Source of the DNA: an uncultured Nitrososphaerota archaeon | Lineage (GTDB): Archaea; Thermoproteota; Nitrososphaeria; Nitrososphaerales; CADDZS01 | Length of the DNA: 64,000 nt | Reading direction: 5' to 3' | Assembly (NCBI GenBank): GCA_963799845.1 | Contig: CAWCYI010000007.1 | Location: 96,001-160,000, forward strand | In this document: piece after piece, positions 19,590 to 29,942 of the stretch | How the letters are laid out: every line of letters starts with the position of its first letter | Numbering within the stretch: position 1 is the stretch's first letter | Made by a program: the position numbers and the translations under genes | The notes under the pieces: generated by a model | The model's input: only the letters and a program-made list of their open reading frames with translations | Databases searched by the model: none | What the model was told of the DNA's origin: nothing

Positions 19590-20456
19590 GTGACTAATTT
19601 GGAAACTACGTCCGTACCCACATTCTCGGGTAGGCAACAGCAGTCAGTATCTGAATCCCAAGAGCGCCCTAAGATCATAACTGCCTTCATGTATATTCCA
19701 AAGAAAAACTATTTTTTACTAAATCTTGAAATGAGAAACAGGCTTGGTGATCTTGCCGCAGTTTCGCATTTGCTTGCTGAGGCTAGTATTGAAATTCTTT
19801 CCGGATCATTCACCAGAGGAACCGGCACCAAACCTGGAACCTGGCAGATTTTCGTCCAACCTCTAAATGGAACAACTGCTGAGGAAACGAAGAAGCTCCT
19901 TGTATCTTGTCCAGATGTTTTGGCTTGCCACATCAAGGAGAGTCGAGACGGTCTCCTTGTAGATTCTCTGACCTTTCCGATCAAAATAGACTCAGGTCAA
20001 CGCGCGATGATAATGCGAAACGACGTCTGGAACAGCATGCTCCAAAAAACTAGAGAAAAGTTTGGGTCAGGGGGAGACGTAATAATCTATGAGCAAGGCA
20101 ACATGGCCGGGCGGATGAGCGGAAAAGAACTCTTGATGGCTCTGGGAAGGGATAAGATAACTCAACAGTTGGATCAAATCGTGGCGATGTACCAAGCCCT
20201 CGGCTGGGGTAAAGCAAAGGTCCTAAACTTCGTCCAGTCGCCCCTCAGCATGGCGATCAGAATGTGGGAAAGTGCTGAATGCATGGGGCAGAAATCTGAC
20301 AAGGCAACTGGTCATTTTATTCGAGGCCACATAGTTGGTCATGTTGAAGAGCTGTTCTCGATCGAATGCAAGTGCGTTGAGACGAGCTGTCTTGCTAGAG
20401 GAGACCAGTACTGCGAATTTGTCCTGGAAGAGAAGAAACGAGGGATACCGAAGTAA
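19590..20456 (+). CDS. ACT-like + V4R domain protein
   Basis: N-terminal ACT-like NRLGDLAAVS; GWG, EC, ETSCLARGDQYCEF V4R motif. Confidence 0.8.
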   Translation: MTNLETTSVPTFSGRQQQSVSESQERPKIITAFMYIPKKNYFLLNLEMRNRLGDLAAVSHLLAEASIEILSGSFTRGTGTKPGTWQIFVQPLNGTTAEETKKLLVSCPDVLACHIKESRDGLLVDSLTFPIKIDSGQRAMIMRNDVWNSMLQKTREKFGSGGDVIIYEQGNMAGRMSGKELLMALGRDKITQQLDQIVAMYQALGWGKAKVLNFVQSPLSMAIRMWESAECMGQKSDKATGHFIRGHIVGHVEELFSIECKCVETSCLARGDQYCEFVLEEKKRGIPK

Positions 20457-20623
20457 GTTCGGACGAATTCTGCCTAAGAACAACCAAACAAAAATCAATT
20501 CCCGATACCGGTTTTGACCGGGATTCCAGATGATTAATTTCTGGTCATTTTGAGAGGCAGTACAACCTCTCGGGATGGAATGTTTTAGTACCTCTTTTCT
20601 CAGGATGGCAGTGCTGCATCAAG

Positions 20624-20950
20624 TTGATCACCGAGATAGTCGTCGCGTTGTTGTTCGCGATCCTTGCGCTGGCAATAATCTCTTGGATTGTGATCATTTT
20701 GCCTGAATTTGAAAAATACTTGAAACAACACAAGCGGCTTTCGGCGCTTTTTTCGTTTATCTTCAATGCCGCACCAGATCAAGAAGACGCGAGCAGGATG
20801 TCCCCACCAGTTCGCATTATCACTGAAAGATTGATCCCGATTATCCTGTGGCTACTGATCCTCGTGCCGATTTTTGTATTTCCTATTATACTGATAGTTT
20901 TTCCAATATTGCACATTCCGTGGACGTACCTTCTGCCGCCAAACCCCTGA
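20624..20950 (+). CDS. Hypothetical membrane protein
   Basis: Two strongly hydrophobic segments. Confidence 0.5.
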   Translation: MITEIVVALLFAILALAIISWIVIILPEFEKYLKQHKRLSALFSFIFNAAPDQEDASRMSPPVRIITERLIPIILWLLILVPIFVFPIILIVFPILHIPWTYLLPPNP

Positions 20951-20982
20951 CCTCATCGGAAGACTTTTTGAAAAATATGGGA

Positions 20983-21084
20983 CGGGCCCGGAGGGATTTG
21001 AACCCTCGATCTCTGCCTTAGAGGGGCAACGCCTTATCCAGTCTATGCAATCCACTCCCGGACTGCTTACTAGGCCACGGGCCC
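20983..21084 (-). tRNA. tRNA-Arg(TCT) with ~27-nt intron in the D-loop (~21041-21069)
   Basis: GGGCCCG/CGGGCCC acceptor, TTGCC-CCTCTAA-GGCAG anticodon arm, GGTTCAAATCC; intron hairpin GCAGTCC/GGATTGC. Confidence 0.88.
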
Positions 21085-21151
21085 GCGGGGACATTTCTCT
21101 CAGGCATGGCTTTTGCGGGGTATTAAGAGGTTCTACAAGCTGGTCGAGAAA

Positions 21152-22420
21152 CTACGAAGCTCTAGAAAGTTCCTTCAGCAATTCTTGAGCTCTGTCGAAT
21201 CTTATCTTTCTTTCATCAACCATTCTCTGTGCAACGAGATCAACAAGGTCACCCGTCGCTCCGGCAGAGGCTGCAACATTCCGTGCATGTAGTTTCATAT
21301 GGCCGCGTTGAATCCCTTCAGAAGAAAGAGCCCTCAGAGCCGCGAAATTCTGAGCCAGCCCAACCGAAGCCATGACTTCGGCAAGTTCTGTCGCGCTTTT
21401 TACCCCGAGGATCTTTACGCATGCCTTCGCAACAGGATGAACTGCCGAAGCTCCTCCGATCAATCCTACTGCCATGGGCATTTCGATCGTTCCGACAAGA
21501 TTTCCATTTTGATCTATTTCGTAAGTCGTGAGAGATCGATATTGTCCACTTTTCGCTGCGTAAGAATGAGCGCCCGCTTCGAGAGCCCGCGTATCCTGGC
21601 CGACCGCGAGAGCCGCGGCGATGACGCCATTCATTATACCCTTGTTGTGGGTCGCGCATCGGTAAGGATCAGAATCGGCGAATGCATAAGCCTCGACTAT
21701 CCCTTCGGCGATGTCGCTCCCTCCCAGAAGCTCAGTATCGAAGGTCGCAGTACTTCTGACCAGACGTTTAGTTGCGAGATTGGAAATGATTCTCAGGAAC
21801 ACCCTTCCCCTTGAAATTCTCTCGATATCCGGGGCGATTGCTTCCGCCATGGTATTTACCGCGTTGGCCCCCATCGCGTCGCGGCAGTCCACGATGAGCT
21901 CGGAAATTACCATCTGCCCCTTCTTAGTTTCGATTACTTTGACTTCCAGGTCTTTTGCGCCTCCACCCACCGAGACAAGTTTTGGATCCTGATCGTTAGC
22001 TTTTTTGAGGAGTTCGTCTCTGTGAGCCAGAATGTCCATACGGGCACGGAACGGGTCCTTTATCCGAACAGTCTGGATTTGACCGATCATTACCGGTCCT
22101 GTGTTGCTGGTGTGAAAACCCCCGTGCTTTCTGGCCATCTTTGCAGCGTTGCTCGCGGCCGCCACGACAGAAGGTTCCTCGATAGCCATGGGGACGATGT
22201 AGTCTTTCCCATTCACGAGGAAATTAGTAGCAACTCCCAGAGGAACGGGAATAGCACCGATTACATTCTCGATCATTCGATTAGCGGTATCGGATTCCAG
22301 TCCTGAAAACGAGCCAATCGACTCTGCCTCTCTGTTGTCTAGACCAGCAAATTTCTGGACGAGCTTCATGCGCTCTGCGACGGAAAGTTTGTAGAAATTA
22401 GGTATCTCCGAACTTGGCAA
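21152..22420 (-). CDS. mvaA: Class II hydroxymethylglutaryl-CoA reductase
   Basis: ENVIG, EEPSVVAA, DAMGAN, THNKGIMNG, GIQRGHMKLH. Confidence 0.95.
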   Translation of the reverse strand: MPSSEIPNFYKLSVAERMKLVQKFAGLDNREAESIGSFSGLESDTANRMIENVIGAIPVPLGVATNFLVNGKDYIVPMAIEEPSVVAAASNAAKMARKHGGFHTSNTGPVMIGQIQTVRIKDPFRARMDILAHRDELLKKANDQDPKLVSVGGGAKDLEVKVIETKKGQMVISELIVDCRDAMGANAVNTMAEAIAPDIERISRGRVFLRIISNLATKRLVRSTATFDTELLGGSDIAEGIVEAYAFADSDPYRCATHNKGIMNGVIAAALAVGQDTRALEAGAHSYAAKSGQYRSLTTYEIDQNGNLVGTIEMPMAVGLIGGASAVHPVAKACVKILGVKSATELAEVMASVGLAQNFAALRALSSEGIQRGHMKLHARNVAASAGATGDLVDLVAQRMVDERKIRFDRAQELLKELSRAS

Positions 22421-22665
22421 TTTTTGAAAAAATCGCTAAGCCGAGAGTATATAACCAAATTAGGTGATTTTGAAAACTGTTACGTACCGACAAAATTCCG
22501 ACTTCGTCGAGCGATTTTTGATTTTTGAATTTCGATTCAGAAAAGTAAGCAGAGTACTTCCGTTCAATCATACAAACATAAAAGGGGCAACGGAAGAATA
22601 GCTTTCCTACAGTATTTTTTTCGAGCATTTGGGGATTGTCTAGTCGTCCGGAGTAGTGTGAATTA

Positions 22666-24858
22666 TTGCCTAAGCTTAAGAATATTCAGGAAATTATGAG
22701 TACGATTTCGAATAAAGAACACGTTCGAAATTTCGGAGTAATTGCACATGTTGATCATGGAAAAACAACCATGAGTGACAGCCTGCTAGCTGCTGCTGGT
22801 ATGATTGCGCCATCTGTAGCAGGTCAGGCACTGGCGCTGGATTCGATGCCTCTGGAACAGTCACGGCAGATGACCATCAAAGCTGCAAACGTGACTTTGT
22901 ATTACGAAGAGGATGGAACGCCCTACGTATTGAACATGATCGACACTCCAGGGCACATCGACTTTACTGGAAGAGTGACTAGATCTTTACGCGCAATCGA
23001 CGGTGCAGTAGTTGTCAGCGATGCCGTCGAGGGCATAATGACTCAGACTGAAACTGTGACCCGCCAGGCTCTGGAGGAAAGAGTGCGCCCAGTTCTTTAC
23101 ATAAACAAGATTGATCGGCTGGTAAAGGAACTCCGGCTGGACAAGGATGCTATGCAGAAACATATCGGCGTTATCGTCGGAGATTTCAACAGACTCGTGG
23201 AGACTTATGCCGAGCCGGAGCTAAAGCAAAGATGGAAAGTATCCATCCAGGACAGCAGCGTTTCTTTTGGTTCTGCAAAAGATAGATGGGGTTTCAATGC
23301 CAAAATCGCCCAAAAGAAAGGGGTCAATTTCGGCGATGTCTACAACGCATACACGACGGGGAATGTTGCCGATCTCGCGAAAAGGGCTCCTCTACATGAA
23401 GCAGTATTGGGCATGGTGATTCAGCACCATCCTCCACCTCACGTAGCTCAGAAATACAGAATTCCGAGAATCTGGACTGGTGATATAACTAGCGACATCG
23501 GAAAAGCGCTACTTGCCTGTGACGATAACGGTCCTGTCATCATGATGGTGACCAACATCAATGTCGATCCGCAGGCTGGAATCGTAGCCACGGGAAGACT
23601 TTTCTCTGGCACCGTCCGTGACGGCGAATCTGTCTTTTTGCTTGGTGCGAAGCGTGAAGAGAGAATTCAGTCGGTTAATTTCTACATGGGCGCCCAAAGG
23701 GAAATGGTCGGTGCGCTGGGCGCAGGAAACATTCCAGCGCTTTTGGGTCTGGAGCACGCCAGAGCAGGTGAAACACTATCATCAGTCAAGGATATAGCTC
23801 CTTTTGAATCGATCAAGTACGTATCCGAGCCTGTTGTCACTATTGCCATCGAGCCCAAACATCCAAAGGATCTGCCAAGGCTCGTTGAAGCGCTCAGACG
23901 TCTAACTATTGAAGATCCAAATCTTGTCGTTCGGATTAACGAGGAAACTGGCGAACAGCTTCTTTCGGGGATGGGAGTTCTACACCTTGAAATTGCGACA
24001 ACTCTCATTCAAGATCAGAAAGTAGAAATTATACAGACTGAACCCCTCGTCAACTATAGAGAGGCCGTTAGATCGAAAGCGGGGCCAATAATGTCGCGCT
24101 CACCTAACAGGCATAACAAGATTTTCATCCGCATCGAGCCTCTGCCTCCAGATGTCGTGGAGCTGATTAGAACCGGGCAGCTGAACGAGAATACCGACAA
24201 AAAGACCGTCGCCAAGGTCTTGAGGGAACATGGCTGGGACGCCGACGAAGCCCGCTCAGTTGTCACAATCGACGATAAGGGCAACATGCTGCTTGAAGAA
24301 ACAAAGGGAGTCCAGTTCCTGCAGGAATCGATGGACTCGATCCGCGCTGGATTTAATGATGTGATGACAAACGGGCCGCTTGCTTACGAATTTTGCAGGG
24401 GTTTCAAAGTGGTCCTCACTCATTACGTGCCTCATGAGGATCCTGCGCACAGGACGTATGCTCAATTGATGCCGGCCACGAGAAGGGCAATTCTAGGAGC
24501 TTCTCTGACTGCCGATCCTACTCTTCTTGAGCCAATCCTTGGAATTGAAATCAAGTGCCCTGCGGAGCAAATTGGTCCGATAGCAAGCGTGATTTCAGGC
24601 AAGAGAGGGAAGATGCTCAACGTGGAGCAGAAGGAAGTGATTACCATAATCCAGGGAGAAATCCCAACTTCGGAAACCTTCGATCTGTCCGAAACAATGA
24701 GGGGAGCTACGGCGGGAAAGGCCATGTGGAACACATTCTTCAAAGCATGGCAGCCTGTGCCGAATTCAATGCTGCTATCAATCGTTCAAGGTATCAGAAA
24801 GAGAAAGGGACTCTCGCCCGATCCCCCAAATCCGAACGAATTCATAGACAAAGAGTGA
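22666..24858 (+). CDS. fusA: Translation elongation factor aEF-2
   Basis: AHVDHGKTT, DTPGH, NKID, diphthamide-site HEDPAHR. Confidence 0.98.
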   Translation: MPKLKNIQEIMSTISNKEHVRNFGVIAHVDHGKTTMSDSLLAAAGMIAPSVAGQALALDSMPLEQSRQMTIKAANVTLYYEEDGTPYVLNMIDTPGHIDFTGRVTRSLRAIDGAVVVSDAVEGIMTQTETVTRQALEERVRPVLYINKIDRLVKELRLDKDAMQKHIGVIVGDFNRLVETYAEPELKQRWKVSIQDSSVSFGSAKDRWGFNAKIAQKKGVNFGDVYNAYTTGNVADLAKRAPLHEAVLGMVIQHHPPPHVAQKYRIPRIWTGDITSDIGKALLACDDNGPVIMMVTNINVDPQAGIVATGRLFSGTVRDGESVFLLGAKREERIQSVNFYMGAQREMVGALGAGNIPALLGLEHARAGETLSSVKDIAPFESIKYVSEPVVTIAIEPKHPKDLPRLVEALRRLTIEDPNLVVRINEETGEQLLSGMGVLHLEIATTLIQDQKVEIIQTEPLVNYREAVRSKAGPIMSRSPNRHNKIFIRIEPLPPDVVELIRTGQLNENTDKKTVAKVLREHGWDADEARSVVTIDDKGNMLLEETKGVQFLQESMDSIRAGFNDVMTNGPLAYEFCRGFKVVLTHYVPHEDPAHRTYAQLMPATRRAILGASLTADPTLLEPILGIEIKCPAEQIGPIASVISGKRGKMLNVEQKEVITIIQGEIPTSETFDLSETMRGATAGKAMWNTFFKAWQPVPNSMLLSIVQGIRKRKGLSPDPPNPNEFIDKE

Positions 24859-24921
24859 TTCTTTGTTCCCCTGATATGAGAGTGCAAGCCGGCTGCTCGA
24901 AGGTATCGGGGATCGTCATTC

Positions 24922-25608
24922 TTGCCAGATGAAATTCGAAATGTCCTGATTTTCGACTACGACGGAACCCTGACTTTTGACACAAACGAGGTCCCTAAAG
25001 TCGCTAAAGACGCGCTTTTGGAGATGAGGAATTCCGATCTTGCGACACTGGGTATCATTTCGGGCAGGGATCTGCCATTTCTTCAAAACGTAAACAGGGA
25101 TCTATCGAATGTGTTTTCATTCCTCGTCGCCGAAAATGGCGCGATTTCATATTTTTCCGACTCGAAAGAAAAGAATGTCCTTGGCAAGGACTGGACCGAA
25201 AAAGCGAGGAAGGTGTTTCGGGATTCCGGTATTCCACTTCGCTTTGCAGAAATCATGTTTGCAACTAGTATCGATCATGCGCCTCAGATCTCCTCCCTTC
25301 TTACGAAGACCGGACTGGACGCAAAGCTAGTACCTAACAAAGATTCACTGATGGTCCTCCCGCCTGACGTGGACAAGGGAACGGGAGTTGCGGCAACGGT
25401 TCAGCACTTTGGTTCGACGAGGAAACTATTCCTCACTTGTTTTGGTGACGGAGAAAACGACCTCGCGTTGTTTGCCCCTGCCGACCTGCGGGTAGCCGTG
25501 GCGAACGCGGTAGACGCCCTAAAGAAGATCGCCGACGTTATCACCGATAACCCTGGAGGCTACGGGGTCGCCGAGTATCTGGATGAGACATTTCTCATCG
25601 AGAAATAG
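24922..25608 (+). CDS. Cof-type HAD phosphatase
   Basis: DYDGTL, SGR, ENGA, DKGTG, GDGEND. Confidence 0.9.
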   Translation: MPDEIRNVLIFDYDGTLTFDTNEVPKVAKDALLEMRNSDLATLGIISGRDLPFLQNVNRDLSNVFSFLVAENGAISYFSDSKEKNVLGKDWTEKARKVFRDSGIPLRFAEIMFATSIDHAPQISSLLTKTGLDAKLVPNKDSLMVLPPDVDKGTGVAATVQHFGSTRKLFLTCFGDGENDLALFAPADLRVAVANAVDALKKIADVITDNPGGYGVAEYLDETFLIEK

Positions 25609-25693
25609 CTAAAGATTAAAATCGCGGAGATTCGGTTTTGGTCTTGCTATTTTCTTTCTAATTTTAGTAGAGAAATATAATTGGTTTTTTGAA

Positions 25694-26362
25694 ATGGCCA
25701 TCCAACTTCCAATAACGACAAGCGAGCTCCTATCTGACCTCTGGATTGTCGCCTACAAAGCCGCTATTTTCTTTTTGATAATTGTCATCGGGTGGGTAGT
25801 AGGAAGATCGCTCGGAAATTTGGTCGGAAGAGTCCTCGCCCGCGCTGGTGGCGATTCTTTATTGAAACAGACCGTAATAGGCAGGGCCTTGATGCGTGCG
25901 GATTACGCCTCATTCAAACTAGGGAATTCACTAACAAAATGGCTCGTTTACATTTCCGCCTTTCTCTATGCCCTTTACAGCCTCGGGTTGTCCGTCCTGA
26001 CGACAACAGTTAGTTCGTTTCTTGGATATCTGCCGATTCTCGTGGGTTCAGGCATCATTCTGTTTGTGGGCATGATTATCTCCGATTGGTTGGGAGAATT
26101 TGTCAAGAAAAGTGTCTCTCCCGAAAAGAGGGAGTTATTCTACCTCAATATTGTCGGGGACCTTGTCAAGGTAGTCCTTTATTTTGTGACGTTAACACTC
26201 GCGTTAACCCATCTTGGAGTTGACGTGACCATTCTCTACATCTTCGCCGAAGCTTTTGCGTGGGCGATAGCGATCGCAGTTGGAGTAGCGACGGGAATCG
26301 TCGTAGGATGGTTTTTGAAAGATAGGGTTAAAGAATGGATATCATCCATATCTGGCAGCTGA
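25694..26362 (+). CDS. TM-helix-repeat / MscS-associated membrane protein
   Basis: Repeated IIVIGWVVG / YLPILVGSGIILFVG helices; AIAIAVG..VG..LKDRV end. Confidence 0.7.
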   Translation: MAIQLPITTSELLSDLWIVAYKAAIFFLIIVIGWVVGRSLGNLVGRVLARAGGDSLLKQTVIGRALMRADYASFKLGNSLTKWLVYISAFLYALYSLGLSVLTTTVSSFLGYLPILVGSGIILFVGMIISDWLGEFVKKSVSPEKRELFYLNIVGDLVKVVLYFVTLTLALTHLGVDVTILYIFAEAFAWAIAIAVGVATGIVVGWFLKDRVKEWISSISGS

Positions 26363-26472
26363 ATTCATCGACTGGAAAATGGAATCAACAAATGATATGT
26401 GCGAGCAGTCAATAACGTCCTAATTAGTCTCAATTCCGAAGCAAATGAACTGAAAATATCATCGGTTGGCTA

Positions 26473-29400
26473 TTGATGTCATCAGAAGAATACCTCGAAG
26501 ACGATCCACTCTGGTACAAGGACGCAATAATCTATGAGGTCCACGTGAAGGCCTATTGTGATACCGCCGGCGATGGAATTGGTGATTTCAAGGGGCTCAC
26601 CTCGAAGCTCGATTACCTGAAAGACCTCGGGGTTACTACGCTATGGCTTTTGCCATTTTACCCATCACCCTTGAAAGATGACGGGTACGACATTTCTGAT
26701 TATTTTGAAATTCATCCATTTTACGGGGACCTGAAGGATTTCAAGGATTTCATGGCGGAGGCGCACAGAAGGGGTCTCCGGGTTATCACTGAACTCGTGC
26801 TGAATCATACATCGGACCAAAATCCATGGTTTAAGAAATCACGAACCGCTGAGCCGGGATCGAGATGGAGAGATTTCTATGTGTGGAGCGACACCCCTAA
26901 CAAATATACTGAGGCGCGAATAATTTTCAAAGATTTTGAGTCCTCCAACTGGGCGTGGGATAACGTAGCTGAAAGCGTACTACTGGCACAGATTTTACTC
27001 CCACCAGCCGGACTTGAACTTTACAAATGAATTCACGCAAAAGACAATGCTCAGCGTCGTGGACTACTGGCTCAAGATGGGAGTTGACGGCCTGCGACTT
27101 GACGCGGTTCCCTATCTTTACGAAAAAGAGGGCACCAACTGTGAGAATTTGCCGGAAACCCACGAATTTCTAAAGAAACTTAGGGCATTCATTGATTCAG
27201 GTTTCAAGAACAGGATGTTGCTCGCTGAGGCAAATCAGTGGCCCGTTGACGCCGCTCAGTATTTCGGCAATGGAGATGAATGTAACGTCGCATATCATTT
27301 TCCACTGATGCCCCGGATGTTTATGGCGATCCAGATGGAAGACCGGTTCCCGATCATAGATATTCTGGAACAGACGCCTGCAATTCCTGAAAAATGCCAG
27401 TGGGCGCTTTTTTTGAGAAATCACGACGAATTAACACTGGAAATGGTTACAGACGAGGAGCGAGACTACATGTACAGGGTATACGCCAAAGATAGACAGG
27501 CCAGGCTAAACCTAGGAATCAGGAGAAGGCTCGCACCGCTGCTTGGGAACGACCGCAGAAAAATCGAACTCATGAACATTTTGCTCTTCACGCTACCGGG
27601 TACTCCTGTGATCTATTATGGCGATGAAATCGGGATGGGAGATAACTTCTACCTTGGCGATCGAAACGGTGTAAGGACTCCGATGCAGTGGAGCGCCGAC
27701 CTGAATGCCGGGTTTTCGAAGACAAACCCGCAAAAACTGTACCTCCCCGTCATAATTGAACCCCTGTATCATTACGAAGCTATCAATGTAGAAAATCAAC
27801 AAAACGATTCCTCCTCTCTGCTTTGGTGGATGAAGAGGGTGATCGCGATGAGAAAGGGCTTCAAGGCTTTCAGCAGGGGTTCGATCGAGTTTCTCTATCC
27901 GACAAACACGAAAATTCTGGCTTTTACTCGAAGACTCGGAGATGAGATTCTACTGATTACTGCAAATCTCTCCGGCAGGACCCAGGCAACCGAGCTGGAT
28001 CTCTCAAAACTCTCGGATCGTAGGCCGGTTGACGTTTTTGGCGGAGCAAATTTTCCTCAGATCGGAAAAACTGGATATCGACTCACCTTTGCCCCCTACG
28101 GCTACTACATTTTCAACATGAAATTAGAGCGGCGGACCGAGGAGGTAAATCAACCCTCTCAGATCCCCATTCTTGAACTTAGAAGGAAACTCCAAGATAT
28201 GTTCAATGGCAGGGCAAAGGACAAGCTTGAGACAGAAGTTCTTCCTCAATATCTAAGATCGAACAGATGGTTTGGCGGAAAGGGCAGAACGATAGAACAG
28301 ACCCGAATCAGGGAGGTGATCACTTTCTGGGATGAACCAACAACGGGAAATTCTCAACTGCTTGTTTTCGCAGATATTTACTACACTGAAGGTCTCCCGG
28401 AGTCCTATTTTCTTCCCATGAGCTACTCCAGCGTTGACATTTCGGAGCAATTGAAGGATGCCAACCGAAGATCAATCGTCGCCAAAGTGAGCATCGACAA
28501 GAACACTCCTGGTGTCCTATTCGACGCAGTCTACGACCAATCGTTTAGATCTCGACTGCTGGACTTCATTACTTTTGGGAAAACGGCTTCCGGTTCGCAG
28601 AGCGAAATCGTCGGAATCAAATCTGCTGACGATCTTACTTCTGACAAGATTTCTCTTAAATCTACAGTTACCGGCGCAGATCAGAGCAATACTTCCGTCG
28701 TGTATGAAGACAAGTTCATACTAAAATTCCTGCGTAGAATCGAAGAAGGCCCGAATCCAGAAGTAGAAATCGAAGCTGCGCTGATAAAAAACAAGTTCGA
28801 GGAAATTCCTCGTCTGATGGGCAGTGTGGTATTCAAGGCTCCGGCCGCTGAAGCCGCAACCGTGGCCATTCTAGAGGAGTACATCAGAAATGAGGGTGAT
28901 GCCTGGGCTCTTTTTCACGGGCAGTTCGAGCGATTCCTGGACGATGTTCTTTCTGCGAAAATACTTCCAGAATCTTCCCTGAATTCTTCTATTCTTGAGC
29001 TTGCTCAGGAAGAACTTCCCGAATCTGTTCTTGAGGAATTAGGGCAACCATTCGACGATTGGATAATGTTGCTGGGGAAGAGGACAGGCGAATTTCACTT
29101 AGCACTACTCAAGGAAGCGGACGATCCTAATTTCAAGCCCGAACCCTTCGGTTACCTGGAACAGGTAGCAGTCGCCCAATCAATGACGAGTTATTCGAAT
29201 CGGATCTTTCAACAGTGCCGCAGTTCTGTAAATCTGAGCCCCGCAGCGGCCCGAGAGTTGGGCGAGATACTGTCACATCAGCAGGAGATTGTCACAAGAT
29301 TTGCAGAACTGAAGAAAGTCAAACTTGACTGCATGAGATCCCGCGTTCATGGAGACTATCACCTTGCGCAGGTCCTTTTTACTGGAAAAGACTTTGTTTT

Positions 29401-29833
29401 GATTGATTTCGAGGGAGAACCTGCCAGATCTCTGTCTGATAGGAGATTGAAGAGATCGCCGATTAGAGACGTCGCCGGAATGATGAGGTCCTTCCATTAT
29501 GCCGCAATGTCAGTCATACTCAACAACAATAATCCTAAGATAAAGGAGAATCAGGAACTTTCTCTTGAAGCAGCCAGATTCTGGTACAAAGCTGTAAGCG
29601 CGCTTTATCTCAGGTCTTACTTGGGCACTGTCGCGAACAGCGTGATACTGCCCACCGATAGAAATGCACTCTCGGTTTTGCTCGACGCGTTCCTGCTCGA
29701 GAAAGTGATCTACGAGCTTGGCTACGAGCTTAACAATCGTCCGGACTGGATTTGGATTCCGATCAAAGGGATAGAAGATTTAATCGGCATACAACCTCGG
29801 AGTGCGGAACCCCCGAAGGAAATTGCTACTTAG
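26473..29833 (+). CDS. treS: Trehalose synthase-maltokinase fusion (TreS-Mak/Pep2); apparent frameshift at ~26971
   Basis: [31 protein letters not shown]; C-terminal [35 protein letters not shown]. Confidence 0.93.
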
Positions 29834-29942
29834 TGAGATGTGGTCCTTTCTGAATTATCGTCGTTATTCATTGCACCCTTCGAATTCTCGACTTGGGAAA
29901 TGATTTAGGCGTAATGCCCATTATCGGGAGAGACTAGCTTTC

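Noticed and set aside
17947-20982. Integrated mobile element at tRNA 3' ends
   Set aside because: No integrase, transposase or duplicated tRNA 3' end seen.
26960-26980. Programmed frameshifting or stop-codon recoding at AGCTGA sites (treS, thrS and others)
   Set aside because: No slippery heptamer or stimulatory structure; the edits include insertions and a deletion in unrelated genes, which fits motif-specific sequencing error better.
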